Assembly: GCA_001794125.1 (NCBI GenBank)
Contig: MGJF01000001.1
Span: 1-54,022 of the forward strand
DNA from: Candidatus Yanofskybacteria bacterium RIFCSPHIGHO2_01_FULL_43_32
GTDB lineage: Bacteria > Patescibacteriota > Minisyncoccia > 2-02-FULL-40-12 > GWA2-44-9
Direction: 5' to 3'
DNA length: 54,022 nt
Positions 1 through 9,332 of this stretch are shown here, in pieces; the stretch's first letter is position 1, and the number at the start of each line of letters is the position of its first letter. Made by a program: the position numbers and the translations under genes. The notes under the pieces were generated by a model. The model did no database searches. It was not told the DNA's origin and worked only from the letters and a program-made list of their open reading frames with translations.

Positions 1-49
1 GAATTTTTTACCATATTCTCCTCCGCAATTGATAACCTATTGAAAAACA

Positions 50-1039
50 ATGACCGAAAAACTTAAAGCGACATCGAAACTGTTAGAGGATTTCAATGCC
101 TTCGTTGATAATCGCTCAACTATTTTTCTTGCTATTTTGCCGGAATTTTTCCCGAAACTCCTAGAATGGCACTATTTGATTTGGGAAAAAGAATACCAAC
201 TTCTGAGCAAGAAAGATCAACTCGATGAGTGGAGCACTTATAGCGAGATTTCCCGAGCCCTTGATTCCATTTTTAAGAAAGTCGAGGAAAGAACATTAAA
301 AGATGGTCATAGTTTTTCATTTTTCAATAGTTTCAAAACCCATATAGAAAAATACAAAGAAAAATTTGTTGCGGGCGAGGGCGATAAGAAATTTTATTAT
401 GTCGAATCTATGATTCCTATTTTTTACTTAACACTTGTGGAAAGTATAAAAACTTCGCCAGAGAAACATGACATCTGGGATCATTACTTTCCCCCTGCGT
501 GGAAAATTACTAAAGAGAACATTCAGAAGCAAGAAAATTATGTCTCAAGAGTATTGCTAAACAACTTTTTGGAATGGGCACGAAGCAGGTTTTGGGGTTC
601 AGCAGAGAAAGAAAAATATGATGATGTTTTGGATGAAATAGCATCTAATCTTTTCCCGTCGGTCGAGCCAATTTTGTGGGCTAAATTACTGACATTGTTA
701 ATGAGACCGTGGGGAGACGATAGCCGGATGAAGTCGCTTGTTGAGAAAGGACAAAATTTCGGTTTTGCGAGTAGGATATTTGGCGGTTTCGTTGTATCGG
801 AAGAAAAAATGATGAACGAGTGGCATGACCAAATGGGTTCACAAGAAAACGCTACGATAGAACTTGCCCTGTTTCTGTTTAGCCAACATTTAACCAAAGA
901 AAATTTGAGTAATTTTGTTGCTGACCTCAACAAACTAGAGTATGACAAAGAATCTAGGGAAGAAGCACGTCGCAAAGATTATATAACCATTTTTGAAAAA
1001 ATGATTTCTTTGTTAGAGTTAGAACCAAAGAAATCATAA
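50..1039 (+). CDS. Hypothetical helical protein, possibly 5'-truncated or frameshifted
   Basis: 329-aa AT-rich ORF with no recognisable motif. Frame 1 is open from base 1 to TAA at 64-66 and could join it with a 1-nt shift. Confidence 0.7.
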   Translation: MTEKLKATSKLLEDFNAFVDNRSTIFLAILPEFFPKLLEWHYLIWEKEYQLLSKKDQLDEWSTYSEISRALDSIFKKVEERTLKDGHSFSFFNSFKTHIEKYKEKFVAGEGDKKFYYVESMIPIFYLTLVESIKTSPEKHDIWDHYFPPAWKITKENIQKQENYVSRVLLNNFLEWARSRFWGSAEKEKYDDVLDEIASNLFPSVEPILWAKLLTLLMRPWGDDSRMKSLVEKGQNFGFASRIFGGFVVSEEKMMNEWHDQMGSQENATIELALFLFSQHLTKENLSNFVADLNKLEYDKESREEARRKDYITIFEKMISLLELEPKKS

Positions 1040-1414
1040 GCCCGCCCGAAATTCGCCAAAACAAAACAGCGGAGCAAATGGAAAATTCCTCCCCAAACCC
1101 CTCCTTTTCCATTTGCGACTTCCGAATTCAAAAAAGATTAGCCGAGTGTTTTGCGAAATCCTTTCCCCAAAAAATAGTTTTCGCAAAACCGAGTCCGCAT
1201 TAGTCCCGCCACCTGCCCGAATACTTGGAGGGCAGAACACCAAAGAAAAATGTCCTTTCCTTTTTAGAAGAAATTGGTCGCGCGCAAATCCGAAAAGCAA
1301 GGAACATTTTTCTTTGGTGTCCGCCGAGGCTCTGCGAGGCGGTGGCGGGACTGATTCATTCGTTCAGTTTCCGCTCGAAAAAGGTTCGCGCAAAGTGTAT
1401 AATTACAGCACAAC
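1040..1414. other. Structured non-coding segment with nested inverted repeats
   Basis: agtcccgccacc 1202-1213 pairs with 1341-1352; acaccaaagaaaaatgt 1237-1253 pairs perfectly with 1304-1320; gttttgcgaaa 1148-1158 pairs with 1179-1189. Confidence 0.6.
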
Positions 1415-1449
1415 AAATCAAAAATCGCCTTATTGGCGATTTTTGATTT
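1415..1449. terminator. Bidirectional intrinsic terminator
   Basis: aaatcaaaaatcgcc-ttatt-ggcgatttttgattt, a 15-bp perfect stem with A/T tails, next to the stop of the 3D-domain gene. Confidence 0.75.
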
Positions 1450-1455
1450 TAGAGA

Positions 1456-1992
1456 TTACAGTTTGGCAATAACCTCAATCTTAACTTTTTTGTTTCCGAA
1501 TTCCATCGCCTGTTCTCTTTCCGGGAACCAGACATCGATTTTATAAGTATATCTTCTGTTCATCCTGTCTTCCACGACGAACATTTTGTCGCCGTACAAT
1601 TCTGGCATTTTTACCACAGTACCGAAGGGTAAGAAGTTAGCGGCAATGATACCGTCTCTGACCTGCGTGCCCCAAGCAGTAATAAAAGGCGTGTCATCTG
1701 TCTGATCCGGAGTTGAAGAGTAAGCGCTGGCCATTACCGTATAGGTTGCAATCGGATTGGTTTTGGGAGCGGTCTTCACTGTTTTGGTTTTTTGAACCGG
1801 AGCGGGAACCGGAGTCGGTTCGGGAGTGGTTTCCGGCACACTGGTATTTGGGGTTAGACCCTTAAGATAACTCACATTATCAGAGATGTGGGAGTTGCTC
1901 GAGATGTCAAAATAATCTGCCGCATCAACAGAAGATGAGGTTAAAACAATCATTGTTAAAAGAACTACTGAAAATGTAAGGTTTTTAATCAT
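1456..1992 (-). CDS. Secreted 3D (Asp-Asp-Asp) domain protein, MltA-like peptidoglycan hydrolase fold
   Basis: Signal peptide, Pro/Thr linker, motifs AYSSTPDQTDDTPFITA, IIAANFLPFGT, VEDRM, IDVW. Confidence 0.85.
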   Translation of the reverse strand: MIKNLTFSVVLLTMIVLTSSSVDAADYFDISSNSHISDNVSYLKGLTPNTSVPETTPEPTPVPAPVQKTKTVKTAPKTNPIATYTVMASAYSSTPDQTDDTPFITAWGTQVRDGIIAANFLPFGTVVKMPELYGDKMFVVEDRMNRRYTYKIDVWFPEREQAMEFGNKKVKIEVIAKL

Positions 1993-2106
1993 TGTTTTTG
2001 GGCCTGAAAAAAGTGAGATAAAAATAGCCTTTTAGGCACAAAAAAACGGCCTATCAAGCCATCTGCTACTTATTTCAGGTTATGCTATAAGTATAGCAAA
2101 TCGGGG

Positions 2107-2586
2107 TCAAAAAGTCAACCCCCCGAATGGCCATAAAACCTTAAGCATTTTAAACCCCTTTTTGGCGGAAATAACGAAGAAAAACAGCCCCATAATTATT
2201 AAGAAACCGTCATAGCTCCAGCGGGCCGGGTCGGTATCGGTCAATTTGAGCCAAAAGGCAAATTCATCAAAAGCCAGGCCCAAACCAAAACCGTGAAGAA
2301 GTGAAATTAAATACTTTGCCCGGGGACCATTAAAAATTAAAGCGAGGTATCCCGAAACGGCTAAAACAAAAAAACCATAGACGTAATGATGGACGTGCCC
2401 CACAGCAAGGCTTACCAGGAAAAAATTAGGCGCTAAAAGACTAAAAATTCTAGCGCCTGCGAAAGTCAGAAGAAATGCAAAAGCAATCGGGAAGACCAAA
2501 TAAAAATACAGCCCAGCTTCGCTGCGCTCTATTTTTTCGCGGATTATTTTTTTCCGAGTTATTTTAGAGAATACGCTTAACATCAA
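2107..2586 (-). CDS. Integral membrane protein
   Basis: About 4 hydrophobic helices; HVHHYVYG and GLGLAFDEF motifs. Confidence 0.75.
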   Translation of the reverse strand: MMLSVFSKITRKKIIREKIERSEAGLYFYLVFPIAFAFLLTFAGARIFSLLAPNFFLVSLAVGHVHHYVYGFFVLAVSGYLALIFNGPRAKYLISLLHGFGLGLAFDEFAFWLKLTDTDPARWSYDGFLIIMGLFFFVISAKKGFKMLKVLWPFGGLTF

Positions 2587-2598
2587 TAGAAATTATTC

Positions 2599-2672
2599 TG
2601 GAGCGGGTAATGGGAGTCGGACCCATCTCTTAACCTTGGCAAGGTTACATAATACCGATATACGATACCCGC
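2599..2672 (-). tRNA. tRNA-Gly(GCC)
   Basis: Cloverleaf gcgggta...tacccgc-t-cca; anticodon arm taacc-ttGCCaa-ggtta; CCA encoded. Confidence 0.95.
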
Positions 2673-2698
2673 ATGTAAAATTTCAATTTAATATTACA

Positions 2699-3388
2699 CT
2701 AAATTTCAGGTTTTTCAAGTGATTCCTTGCCGATGAAATAATTTTGGTAAAGCTCTAACCATTTTATTATCTTCTCCTTAAGTTGGCGGCTATTTACACG
2801 TATTATGCATACTCCATAAGAATTTCTTTTTGTGGGGTGTCGCCCTTGGATGGTTGTAGATTTTCCGAATCTGGTCAAAGGTATTCTAGTAGCAATACTC
2901 CAGAGATTTTTTTGTACAGAATCAATTAAATCTGGATATATCAGGAGACCAAGACGAACCCTCTCTTCTGGAACTATCAAAGTTTTTGTCAAAAAAATAT
3001 AAAACAATCTGATAAGGTTGGGGTCACTATTTGATAGTGAAACTCGTCCATTCTCTAATTTTTTATCACCTTCTCCCCAGTAGAGCATCAATCCGGCAAG
3101 GAATAGGGGATTGTCTTTTAGGTCAGGAAATTTTATCACTGCCTCTCTCTGCCACTCCTTGTGTACCCTTCCCCACTTTTCTTTTGTGGCCTTAGCCATC
3201 AATAAAAGCTTTTCAGGATTAGCCAAAGAAGCTTTAGCCGCCAGTATGCTTTTAATTTCATAAGACCAAGGCTCCTGCTTGAACCAACCCGAAAGGGTGG
3301 CTATTGGAATACCAAGCTCTGCTACGATTTGTTTATAGCTTTTACCTGAGCGGCGTAATTCAAAAGCTTTTTCCTTATCTTTTCTCAT
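2699..3388 (-). CDS. HTH plus LAGLIDADG-like domain protein, tRNA-adjacent
   Basis: N-terminal HTH (LRRSGKSYKQIVAELGIPIATLSGW); LAGLMLYWGEGDK motif; SNSDP; YGVC. Paralogue of 4025-4717. Confidence 0.75.
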   Translation of the reverse strand: MRKDKEKAFELRRSGKSYKQIVAELGIPIATLSGWFKQEPWSYEIKSILAAKASLANPEKLLLMAKATKEKWGRVHKEWQREAVIKFPDLKDNPLFLAGLMLYWGEGDKKLENGRVSLSNSDPNLIRLFYIFLTKTLIVPEERVRLGLLIYPDLIDSVQKNLWSIATRIPLTRFGKSTTIQGRHPTKRNSYGVCIIRVNSRQLKEKIIKWLELYQNYFIGKESLEKPEI

Positions 3389-3542
3389 TTGTTGATAACA
3401 AGTTAAACCTCTAACTGCTCATCAAGCTTTATTATATCACGGGGTTCGGTTTTTGTGGGTAATTATGTTGATAACTTAAAAAAGCACCGACTAAATTTGA
3501 AAATATACCTTAGAAATGATACCATCCATAAGGTAAGTAATT

Positions 3543-3614
3543 GCCGGGCTAGCTCATCGGTAGAGCGCTGCCCTGAAGAGGCAGGCGTGCCCAGTTCGAC
3601 TCTGGGGCCCGGCA
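3543..3614 (+). tRNA. tRNA-Phe(GAA)
   Basis: gccgggc...gcccggc-a; anticodon arm ctgcc-ctGAAga-ggcag; CCA not encoded. Confidence 0.95.
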
Positions 3615-3616
3615 CA

Positions 3617-3663
3617 TGAACCAAATCAAAACACCGCCACAGGCGGTGTTTTGATTTGGTTCA
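3617..3663. terminator. Bidirectional terminator, 22-bp perfect inverted repeat
   Basis: tgaaccaaatcaaaacaccgcc-aca-ggcggtgttttgatttggttca between convergent tRNA-Phe and ORF 3680-3961. Confidence 0.8.
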
Positions 3664-3679
3664 AGATAACCTGGCATAT

Positions 3680-3961
3680 TTACCTGCGATTTCCTAAAAC
3701 AGATTTTAACATTTCCACCTCGCCCCGATAGATTGTATAGAACTCAAAATCTTTGAATTTTAGTTTAAAATATTCTATATTATTCGCGTCAAAACCAACC
3801 TCAATACTGCCAAGACCGGCGGATATAATTTGGAGGGCTTTCTCAAAAGCGACGTTTGCTTCCTGATAGACATTTTCTTTTCCGCCGGGCTCATTTAATT
3901 TTTGGCTCTCCACCTCCTCAATCGATCTTTGCGCGGACTGTTCAATTTTTTGGGATTTCAT
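3680..3961 (-). CDS. Hypothetical protein
   Basis: 93-aa ORF with protein-like composition; ATG lies 1 nt after the tRNA-Val discriminator base. Confidence 0.6.
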   Translation of the reverse strand: MKSQKIEQSAQRSIEEVESQKLNEPGGKENVYQEANVAFEKALQIISAGLGSIEVGFDANNIEYFKLKFKDFEFYTIYRGEVEMLKSVLGNRR

Positions 3962-3962
3962 G

Positions 3963-4034
3963 TGCGCGCTGTAGGATTTGAACCTACGGCCTACTCGACG
4001 TCAACGAGTCGCTCTACCCCTGAGCTAAGCGCGC
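3963..4034 (-). tRNA. tRNA-Val(GAC)
   Basis: gcgcgct...agcgcgc-a; anticodon arm actcg-ttGACgt-cgagt; CCA not encoded. Confidence 0.93.
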
Positions 4035-4717
4035 ATTTTTTCAGCAACCCTTTGGCAAAAGATTTTACTAGTATAAAGCAACTTTCTTTGTATGGCAATT
4101 GAACCCAACCTAATAACACATACTCCTTTATAATGCGGATACGTCGGGGATCCAAGTGTTCTTCGGTCGATGCTAACCCACTTAAAGTTATCGATGGGTA
4201 TACCAAGTTCTTTGGACCAATATTTTTTAATTTTTTGGGGATCCTGATCTGCTCGAAGGTGTAGTTCACAAGACAATTTATCTAAAGAGACGAGGTAGAT
4301 TTTTAAAAGTAATGATACAAATAGTTTAAGTATCATAGGGTCAGAATTACCCATCCCGAAGGTGTCTTTTTTAAATCCTTCCCCAAGATAAAGCATTGAG
4401 AGTGCGAGATTTAGAATTGACGGATTGCTTGCGTCGATGGTCTCTAATGTTTTCAGGGCCTGGTCTTCGGCTTCTTTTAGTCGGCTAATCTTTTGGTTAT
4501 TGTGCCATTCTATTGCTCGCTTTCTGGTCGCCACCAATCTTTGCCTCCATCTTTTATGAATAAGATCTTTTTGGCTTTTTCGTAGCTTTACTACTCTTAG
4601 CCATCCACTCAATGTAGAGCGAGGAATTTTAAGTCTAGTCTCGATGTCCTTAATCGAAGCGCTCTTTTTTCGCATTGCGATAGCCGCATCCTTAAGATTG
4701 AACCACCTCGATTCCAT
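4025..4717 (-). CDS. HTH plus LAGLIDADG-like domain protein, tRNA-adjacent
   Basis: HTH (SIKDIETRLKIPRSTLSGW); LALSMLYLGEGFK; GNSDP; YWSKELGIP; YKGVC. Its stop codon lies inside the 5' end of tRNA-Val. Confidence 0.75.
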   Translation of the reverse strand: MESRWFNLKDAAIAMRKKSASIKDIETRLKIPRSTLSGWLRVVKLRKSQKDLIHKRWRQRLVATRKRAIEWHNNQKISRLKEAEDQALKTLETIDASNPSILNLALSMLYLGEGFKKDTFGMGNSDPMILKLFVSLLLKIYLVSLDKLSCELHLRADQDPQKIKKYWSKELGIPIDNFKWVSIDRRTLGSPTYPHYKGVCVIRLGSIAIQRKLLYTSKIFCQRVAEKMRA

Positions 4718-4762
4718 GTATAAATTATACTCTCAAAGATACGAGTTGCAAGTTGATTTATC

Positions 4763-4792
4763 AACAAAAACACCGATATCGGTGTTTTTGTT
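4763..4792 (-). terminator. Terminator after tRNA-Leu
   Basis: Perfect 30-bp palindrome aacaaaaacaccgatatcggtgtttttgtt. Confidence 0.7.
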
Positions 4793-4796
4793 TCGG

Positions 4797-4883
4797 TGGT
4801 GCGCGGGAGAGGATTTGAACCTCCACGCCCTTGCGGGCACCACCACCTCAAGGTGGCGAGTCTGCCAGTTTCTCCACCCGCGC
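4797..4883 (-). tRNA. tRNA-Leu(GAG)
   Basis: 87 nt with long variable arm; ccacc-ttGAGgt-ggtgg; CCA encoded. Confidence 0.95.
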
Positions 4884-4923
4884 ATGATGCCAGATGATAA
4901 AATTATTTAATCCTCTGCTGGCG

Positions 4924-5310
4924 CTATTCGGTTTTTTCTGTTTTTTCGGCTTGAACAGAGGTGTCTATCTTTGTCTTTCTTCTTATTTCTTTGGCGGTTT
5001 TTTCCCTCAAGTAGTAGAGTTTTGAACGGCGGACTTTTGATTTCCTGACAACTTCAACCTTGTCTATTGTAGGCAGAAAAACAGGGAAAGTTTTTTCCAC
5101 GCCAATGCCGCCGGAAACCTTTCTGACGGTAACCGTGCCACCGGCCTCGGCGCCGTGTTTGCGGGCGATTATAAGACCTTCAAAGGCCTGGGTTCGCGTT
5201 TTGTCACCCTCTTTGATCTTTTGATAAACCTTAACAGTCCAGCCCGGTTTTAGGCCCTCAAATTTGTTCTGCCCCATGTTTTTTGATTGAAATAATTGGA
5301 TTTTGTCCAT
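4924..5310 (-). CDS. rplS: 50S ribosomal protein L19
   Basis: [45 protein letters not shown]. Confidence 0.97.
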   Translation of the reverse strand: MDKIQLFQSKNMGQNKFEGLKPGWTVKVYQKIKEGDKTRTQAFEGLIIARKHGAEAGGTVTVRKVSGGIGVEKTFPVFLPTIDKVEVVRKSKVRRSKLYYLREKTAKEIRRKTKIDTSVQAEKTEKTE

Positions 5311-5326
5311 GGCTGTAATTGGTAGT

Positions 5327-6028
5327 TTATTTTAGCATATTTAATACTTTTTGCAACTCATCGGGCAGGTCTGTTTCAAAGGTCAATGCTTTGCCGTCAG
5401 GCGAGGTAAATTGGAGTTTATAGGCATGAAGGAAAAGACGATCAAGACCCTCAGGCGCTTCGTCTTTTTTGCGGCCGTATAACGGGTCTCCGGCAACAGG
5501 GTTTCCGATGGATTTTAGATGGACTCGTATCTGATGGGTTCTGCCGGTGTGGGGGGAAACTTCCAAGAGGGTAAAGTCGCGGAAATTTTTTATGGTGTCA
5601 TATTCAGTAACCGCTTCTTTTTTGTCTTTTAATTTTTTATTTCCCCGCACTTGTGTGGTCCGCTTCATGCCGATCCTTCCCATTGGCGCATCAATGATTC
5701 CTTTGGATTCTTTGGGCCTTCCGGAAACCAAAGCAAGATAGAATTTTTGGATTTTTCTTTCCTGAAACAAATTTTTTAAATAAAGAAATGAATCTTGAGT
5801 TTTTGCTATAACCAAAAGTCCGGAGGTGTCTTTATCCAGGCGGTGAACCAACCCGGGTCGCAGAGGGTCTTCTCCGACAGTTTTTATTTCAGGGTATTTT
5901 TCAACTAACCAGCCGGTAACACTTTTCTGTTTGTCCTCGGAATTTTTTGGATGAGTAATAAGCCCGGAGGGTTTGTTTATGACTAAAATATTTTTGTCTT
6001 CGTAAACAGTTTCAATTTTTTCCGGCAT
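5327..6028 (-). CDS. RluA/RluD-family pseudouridine synthase
   Basis: [35 protein letters not shown] motifs; no S4 domain. Confidence 0.95.
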   Translation of the reverse strand: MPEKIETVYEDKNILVINKPSGLITHPKNSEDKQKSVTGWLVEKYPEIKTVGEDPLRPGLVHRLDKDTSGLLVIAKTQDSFLYLKNLFQERKIQKFYLALVSGRPKESKGIIDAPMGRIGMKRTTQVRGNKKLKDKKEAVTEYDTIKNFRDFTLLEVSPHTGRTHQIRVHLKSIGNPVAGDPLYGRKKDEAPEGLDRLFLHAYKLQFTSPDGKALTFETDLPDELQKVLNMLK

Positions 6029-6030
6029 TT

Positions 6031-6107
6031 TGGTGCGCGCTGTAGGATTCGAACCTACGACCCCTGCTGTGTAAAAGCAGTGCTCTAACCAACTGAGCTA
6101 AGCGCGC
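6031..6107 (-). tRNA. tRNA-Val(TAC)
   Basis: ctgct-ttTACac-agcag; CCA encoded. Confidence 0.95.
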
Positions 6108-6120
6108 ATTACCTGAACTG

Positions 6121-6192
6121 TGCGCCCGCTTGGGATCGAGCCAAGGACCTCGTCATTATAAGTGACGCGCTCTACCACTGAGCTACGGGCGC
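6121..6192 (-). tRNA. tRNA-Ile(TAT), rare UAU anticodon
   Basis: gcgcccg...cgggcgc-a; anticodon arm cgtca-ctTATaa-tgacg; T-loop ctcgatc. Confidence 0.88.
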
Positions 6193-6490
6193 AAATATAC
6201 ATGAATATACATGATATTTTACGTTTTTTTGACCTTTGAGTCAATGTAATTTATCGCTCTCGCCTCATCATTTTTCTGGTCATAATCCTCATCTCGTCAT
6301 TCGCTTCAAGATAGCAAGTATAGATTTAAGCCAAAATAACAGGTAACCCACGCTTGCCTCCCCGTCTATCATTACGATAGGCGGGGCACTTGACCTATTA
6401 TTTTGGAATCTATATCTTGCTACTTTCAGCTCATGACTCGATTCGTCAAATAACAGAAAAACAATGAGGCTCCCGCAAGTTAAAAGCGTA

Positions 6491-6643
6491 GGAACCCAGC
6501 CACCTAAAGACATTTGAGACCCGGCCTTTTGCAGGGACGAGGCAGTATAATAGTAAGAAGGCACTGCCGAGAAAAGGCCGTGGCTCACATAGCCGAGGAC
6601 TCTCGCAGGGAGTCCGGAGGCGGGTCTGAAGGTGGCTGGTTCC
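6491..6643. repeat. Structured element with terminal inverted repeats and two inner hairpins
   Basis: ggaacccagccacct / aggtggctggttcc ends; inner cggcctttt...aaaaggccg and ggactct-cgca-gggagtcc; shares ccagccac with the 15047 element. Confidence 0.55.
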
Positions 6644-6648
6644 GAAGC

Positions 6649-8472
6649 TTATCTGACAAGAGCATAGAAGTCTTTTTGTTCCAGTGTCTCTTTGCTGATG
6701 AGTTCCTTGGCGATTTTGTGGAGGGTGTCTATTTTTTGCGTCAAGACTTTTTTGGCGGAGGTAAGACCTCTGGTTATCAGTTTTTTGATCTCTTCGTCGA
6801 TCTGGAACGCAATCGTTTCCGAATAGTTCTTATTGCTCGAAATCTCTTTTCCCAAGAATACTAATTCTTCTTTCTCGCCGAAAGTGATGGGACCGAGATT
6901 GTCGGACATTCCGTATTGGGTAATCATCCGGCGGGCGAGGTCGGATGCTACCTTCAGGTCGTTTGAAGCGCCGGTGGTAGTATCTTTGAATACGATTTTT
7001 TCGGCCGCATACCCGCTGAGCAAAACAGCCAACTCTGATTCAAACTCGGAACGGGAACGAAGATGCTTGTCTTCGGCCGGCAGTTTTAAAGTATATCCGC
7101 CGGCTCTTCCGCGCGATACTATTGAAACTTTGTGGACCGGATCAGTGAAGGGGAGCGAGCAGGCCACCAAAGCGTGGCCGGCCTCGTGGTAAGCGGTTAT
7201 TTCCTTTTCTTTCTTGGAAAATATGTGACTGCGTCTTTCCGGACCGAGGATTACTTTTTCAATGGCTTCAAAAAGATTGTCCTGGGTTATTTCTTTTTGA
7301 TTGCTTCTCGCGGCTAAGATGGCGGCTTCGTTTATTAAATTTGCCAGATCAGCCCCCGACAGTCCGGGAGTTCTTTCGGCAACCAGCTTAAGGTTGACGG
7401 TTTTTGACAAGGGTTTATCCAGGGCATGGATTTTCAGTATTTCCTCGCGGTCTTTCATTGAGGGTTCATCTAAAATTATCCGTCTGTCAAAACGGCCCGG
7501 GCGAAGCAATGCCGGATCAAGAATATCGGGCCGATTGGTCGCGGCCATGACAATTACGGCGGCATCAGTGTCAAAGCCGTCCATTTCAACTAAAATTTGG
7601 TTCAAGGTTTGCTCCCTTTCGTCGTGTCCGCCTCCGAGACCGGCTCCGCGGTGTCTGCCTACGGCATCAATCTCGTCGACGAACACGATTGCCGGCGCGG
7701 TTTTTTTAGCCAGATCAAACATGTCTCTGACCCTGTTTGCTCCGACGCCGACGAACATTTCCACGAATTCAGAGCCGGAGACGAAGTAGAAGGGGACATT
7801 GGCCTCACTTGCCACCGCTTTGGCTAAAAGCGTTTTTCCCGTTCCGGGAGAGCCGACCAATAAAATACCTCTTGGTATTCTGGCTCCGAGTTTATGGAAT
7901 TTTTTCGGGTCTTTCAAAAATTCCACAATCTCCGATATTTCTTCTTTGGCTTCGATAAGTCCGGCGACATCTCCGAAGGTTACCCGTTTCTTGCCGTTTT
8001 TCTGATTGGCCAAACGGGCCTTAGACTTGCCGAAAGAAAAGGCCTGCGTGGAACCCTTTTGGGCTTTATTAAACATGAACCAGAAAATTAATATTATCAG
8101 AAGAAATGGTAAGACTATCGGAATAATAGATGATAATACCATGCCAATTGTTCCCGTCTCATCTTTGACCTGAATATTAAAAGCCGAGAGTTTCTCTTTG
8201 TCGGTTCCTAAATTAAGAAGTGTTTCAAAAGTTGAAACCCCGGTCTCTTTTTGGGAGACAAGTTTCTTGTCTCCGTCTTTAAGGACTATGTCCAGATTAT
8301 CTCCCTTGACGGTTATTTCCTTGACTTGCCCGGCGTTTATTTTGGTCACTAACTCCGAAACAGAAACATTCTCAGCCTTATCGTATGGCGACTGAAAGAT
8401 CATAACCAATCCGGCTGCGGCAAGCAGGATCAAGAAAACCATTGAAATATATTTTGTGAACTGCTTGAACAT
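6649..8472 (-). CDS. ftsH: ATP-dependent zinc metalloprotease FtsH
   Basis: Two TM helices; Walker A GSPGTGKT; DEID; HEAGH zinc motif. Confidence 0.97.
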   Translation of the reverse strand: MFKQFTKYISMVFLILLAAAGLVMIFQSPYDKAENVSVSELVTKINAGQVKEITVKGDNLDIVLKDGDKKLVSQKETGVSTFETLLNLGTDKEKLSAFNIQVKDETGTIGMVLSSIIPIVLPFLLIILIFWFMFNKAQKGSTQAFSFGKSKARLANQKNGKKRVTFGDVAGLIEAKEEISEIVEFLKDPKKFHKLGARIPRGILLVGSPGTGKTLLAKAVASEANVPFYFVSGSEFVEMFVGVGANRVRDMFDLAKKTAPAIVFVDEIDAVGRHRGAGLGGGHDEREQTLNQILVEMDGFDTDAAVIVMAATNRPDILDPALLRPGRFDRRIILDEPSMKDREEILKIHALDKPLSKTVNLKLVAERTPGLSGADLANLINEAAILAARSNQKEITQDNLFEAIEKVILGPERRSHIFSKKEKEITAYHEAGHALVACSLPFTDPVHKVSIVSRGRAGGYTLKLPAEDKHLRSRSEFESELAVLLSGYAAEKIVFKDTTTGASNDLKVASDLARRMITQYGMSDNLGPITFGEKEELVFLGKEISSNKNYSETIAFQIDEEIKKLITRGLTSAKKVLTQKIDTLHKIAKELISKETLEQKDFYALVR

Positions 8473-8520
8473 TATTTAAAATTGAGTATAACCGAAGTTT
8501 TGGGTTTTTTCAAATGAATT

Positions 8521-8543
8521 GGCGCCCCGCTTGGCGGGGCGCC
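8521..8543 (-). terminator. GC-rich hairpin terminator of the NUDIX gene
   Basis: ggcgccccgc-ttg-gcggggcgcc. Confidence 0.6.
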
Positions 8544-8550
8544 TGTATGG

Positions 8551-9252
8551 TTAATCTGAAAAGGTAACTTTTTCCAAAAGCCCTTCTTTTTCAAGGTCAA
8601 TCATCGCGGCCACGAGAGACTCGCGATTTGGCTTGAGCCATTGTTTCACGGCTTCTCCGTCAATCAAGTCTTCGGGATAGAAAACCATAGACTCAATGGC
8701 GCTGTACAGTCTTCGGAGATGGCTGAAATAAATGCCGTTGGGATTTTTATTGCCTCCGCCCCTGTTTTGAGCAAAAGGCATTTCAAACACCTGCCGGAGA
8801 GGAACCCACGGCTCGAAAGAAGCATCAATCTCATCAACCTCCCGAACCTTGCGTAGCGGTTCGGACGCTTCAACAAGAAAAACATGGATCTCGTTGGAGA
8901 CGAAGTCGCCATCTATTTTGAGACGCTTATGCATTACGAAAAGTTTTCCGACAGATCTTCTCATCTGGCAGCCCGTCTCATCTTCCAGCTCTCTTTCGGC
9001 GGCAGAAAGGGCAGCCTCCTTACTTTCAAATTGACCCGTTGGAATCCCGATTCCCGGCGGTTTGCCCTCCTTGCTTCTTTTTGGAGGCTTCTTGTTTTTT
9101 ACCAGGAGAACTTTGATTTCATCAGCTCGCGATCTTGACGGGTTCGAAGTTGTGAAATCGAAATCAAACGCGATGGCCGATACCGTAAGGATGGGCTTGT
9201 TGGCAACATTAACGCTTTCTTCAAAGAACTGGCCGGACTGCAATGTCTCCAT
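8551..9252 (-). CDS. NUDIX hydrolase domain protein
   Basis: Nudix box GQFESKEAALSAAERELEDETG; SD aaggagg upstream. Confidence 0.85.
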   Translation of the reverse strand: METLQSGQFFEESVNVANKPILTVSAIAFDFDFTTSNPSRSRADEIKVLLVKNKKPPKRSKEGKPPGIGIPTGQFESKEAALSAAERELEDETGCQMRRSVGKLFVMHKRLKIDGDFVSNEIHVFLVEASEPLRKVREVDEIDASFEPWVPLRQVFEMPFAQNRGGGNKNPNGIYFSHLRRLYSAIESMVFYPEDLIDGEAVKQWLKPNRESLVAAMIDLEKEGLLEKVTFSD

Positions 9253-9332
9253 GAGACCTCCTTGTATAAATTATTGCATAAAAATAGCCCCACGTCAATG
9301 GTCGTGGGGCCGGGGCTTTCATGGCCCCTAAA

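Noticed and set aside
1-66. Programmed frameshift joining frame 1 to ORF 50-1039
   Set aside because: Too little upstream sequence. An overlapping gene end or a sequencing indel is equally plausible.
1034-1472. Three short ORFs over the structured segment
   Set aside because: They overlap each other, lack protein-like composition, and are better explained by a non-coding structure.
6289-6588. 99-aa minus-strand ORF
   Set aside because: It begins inside the hairpin element and has no motif. It may be a gene remnant but cannot be supported.
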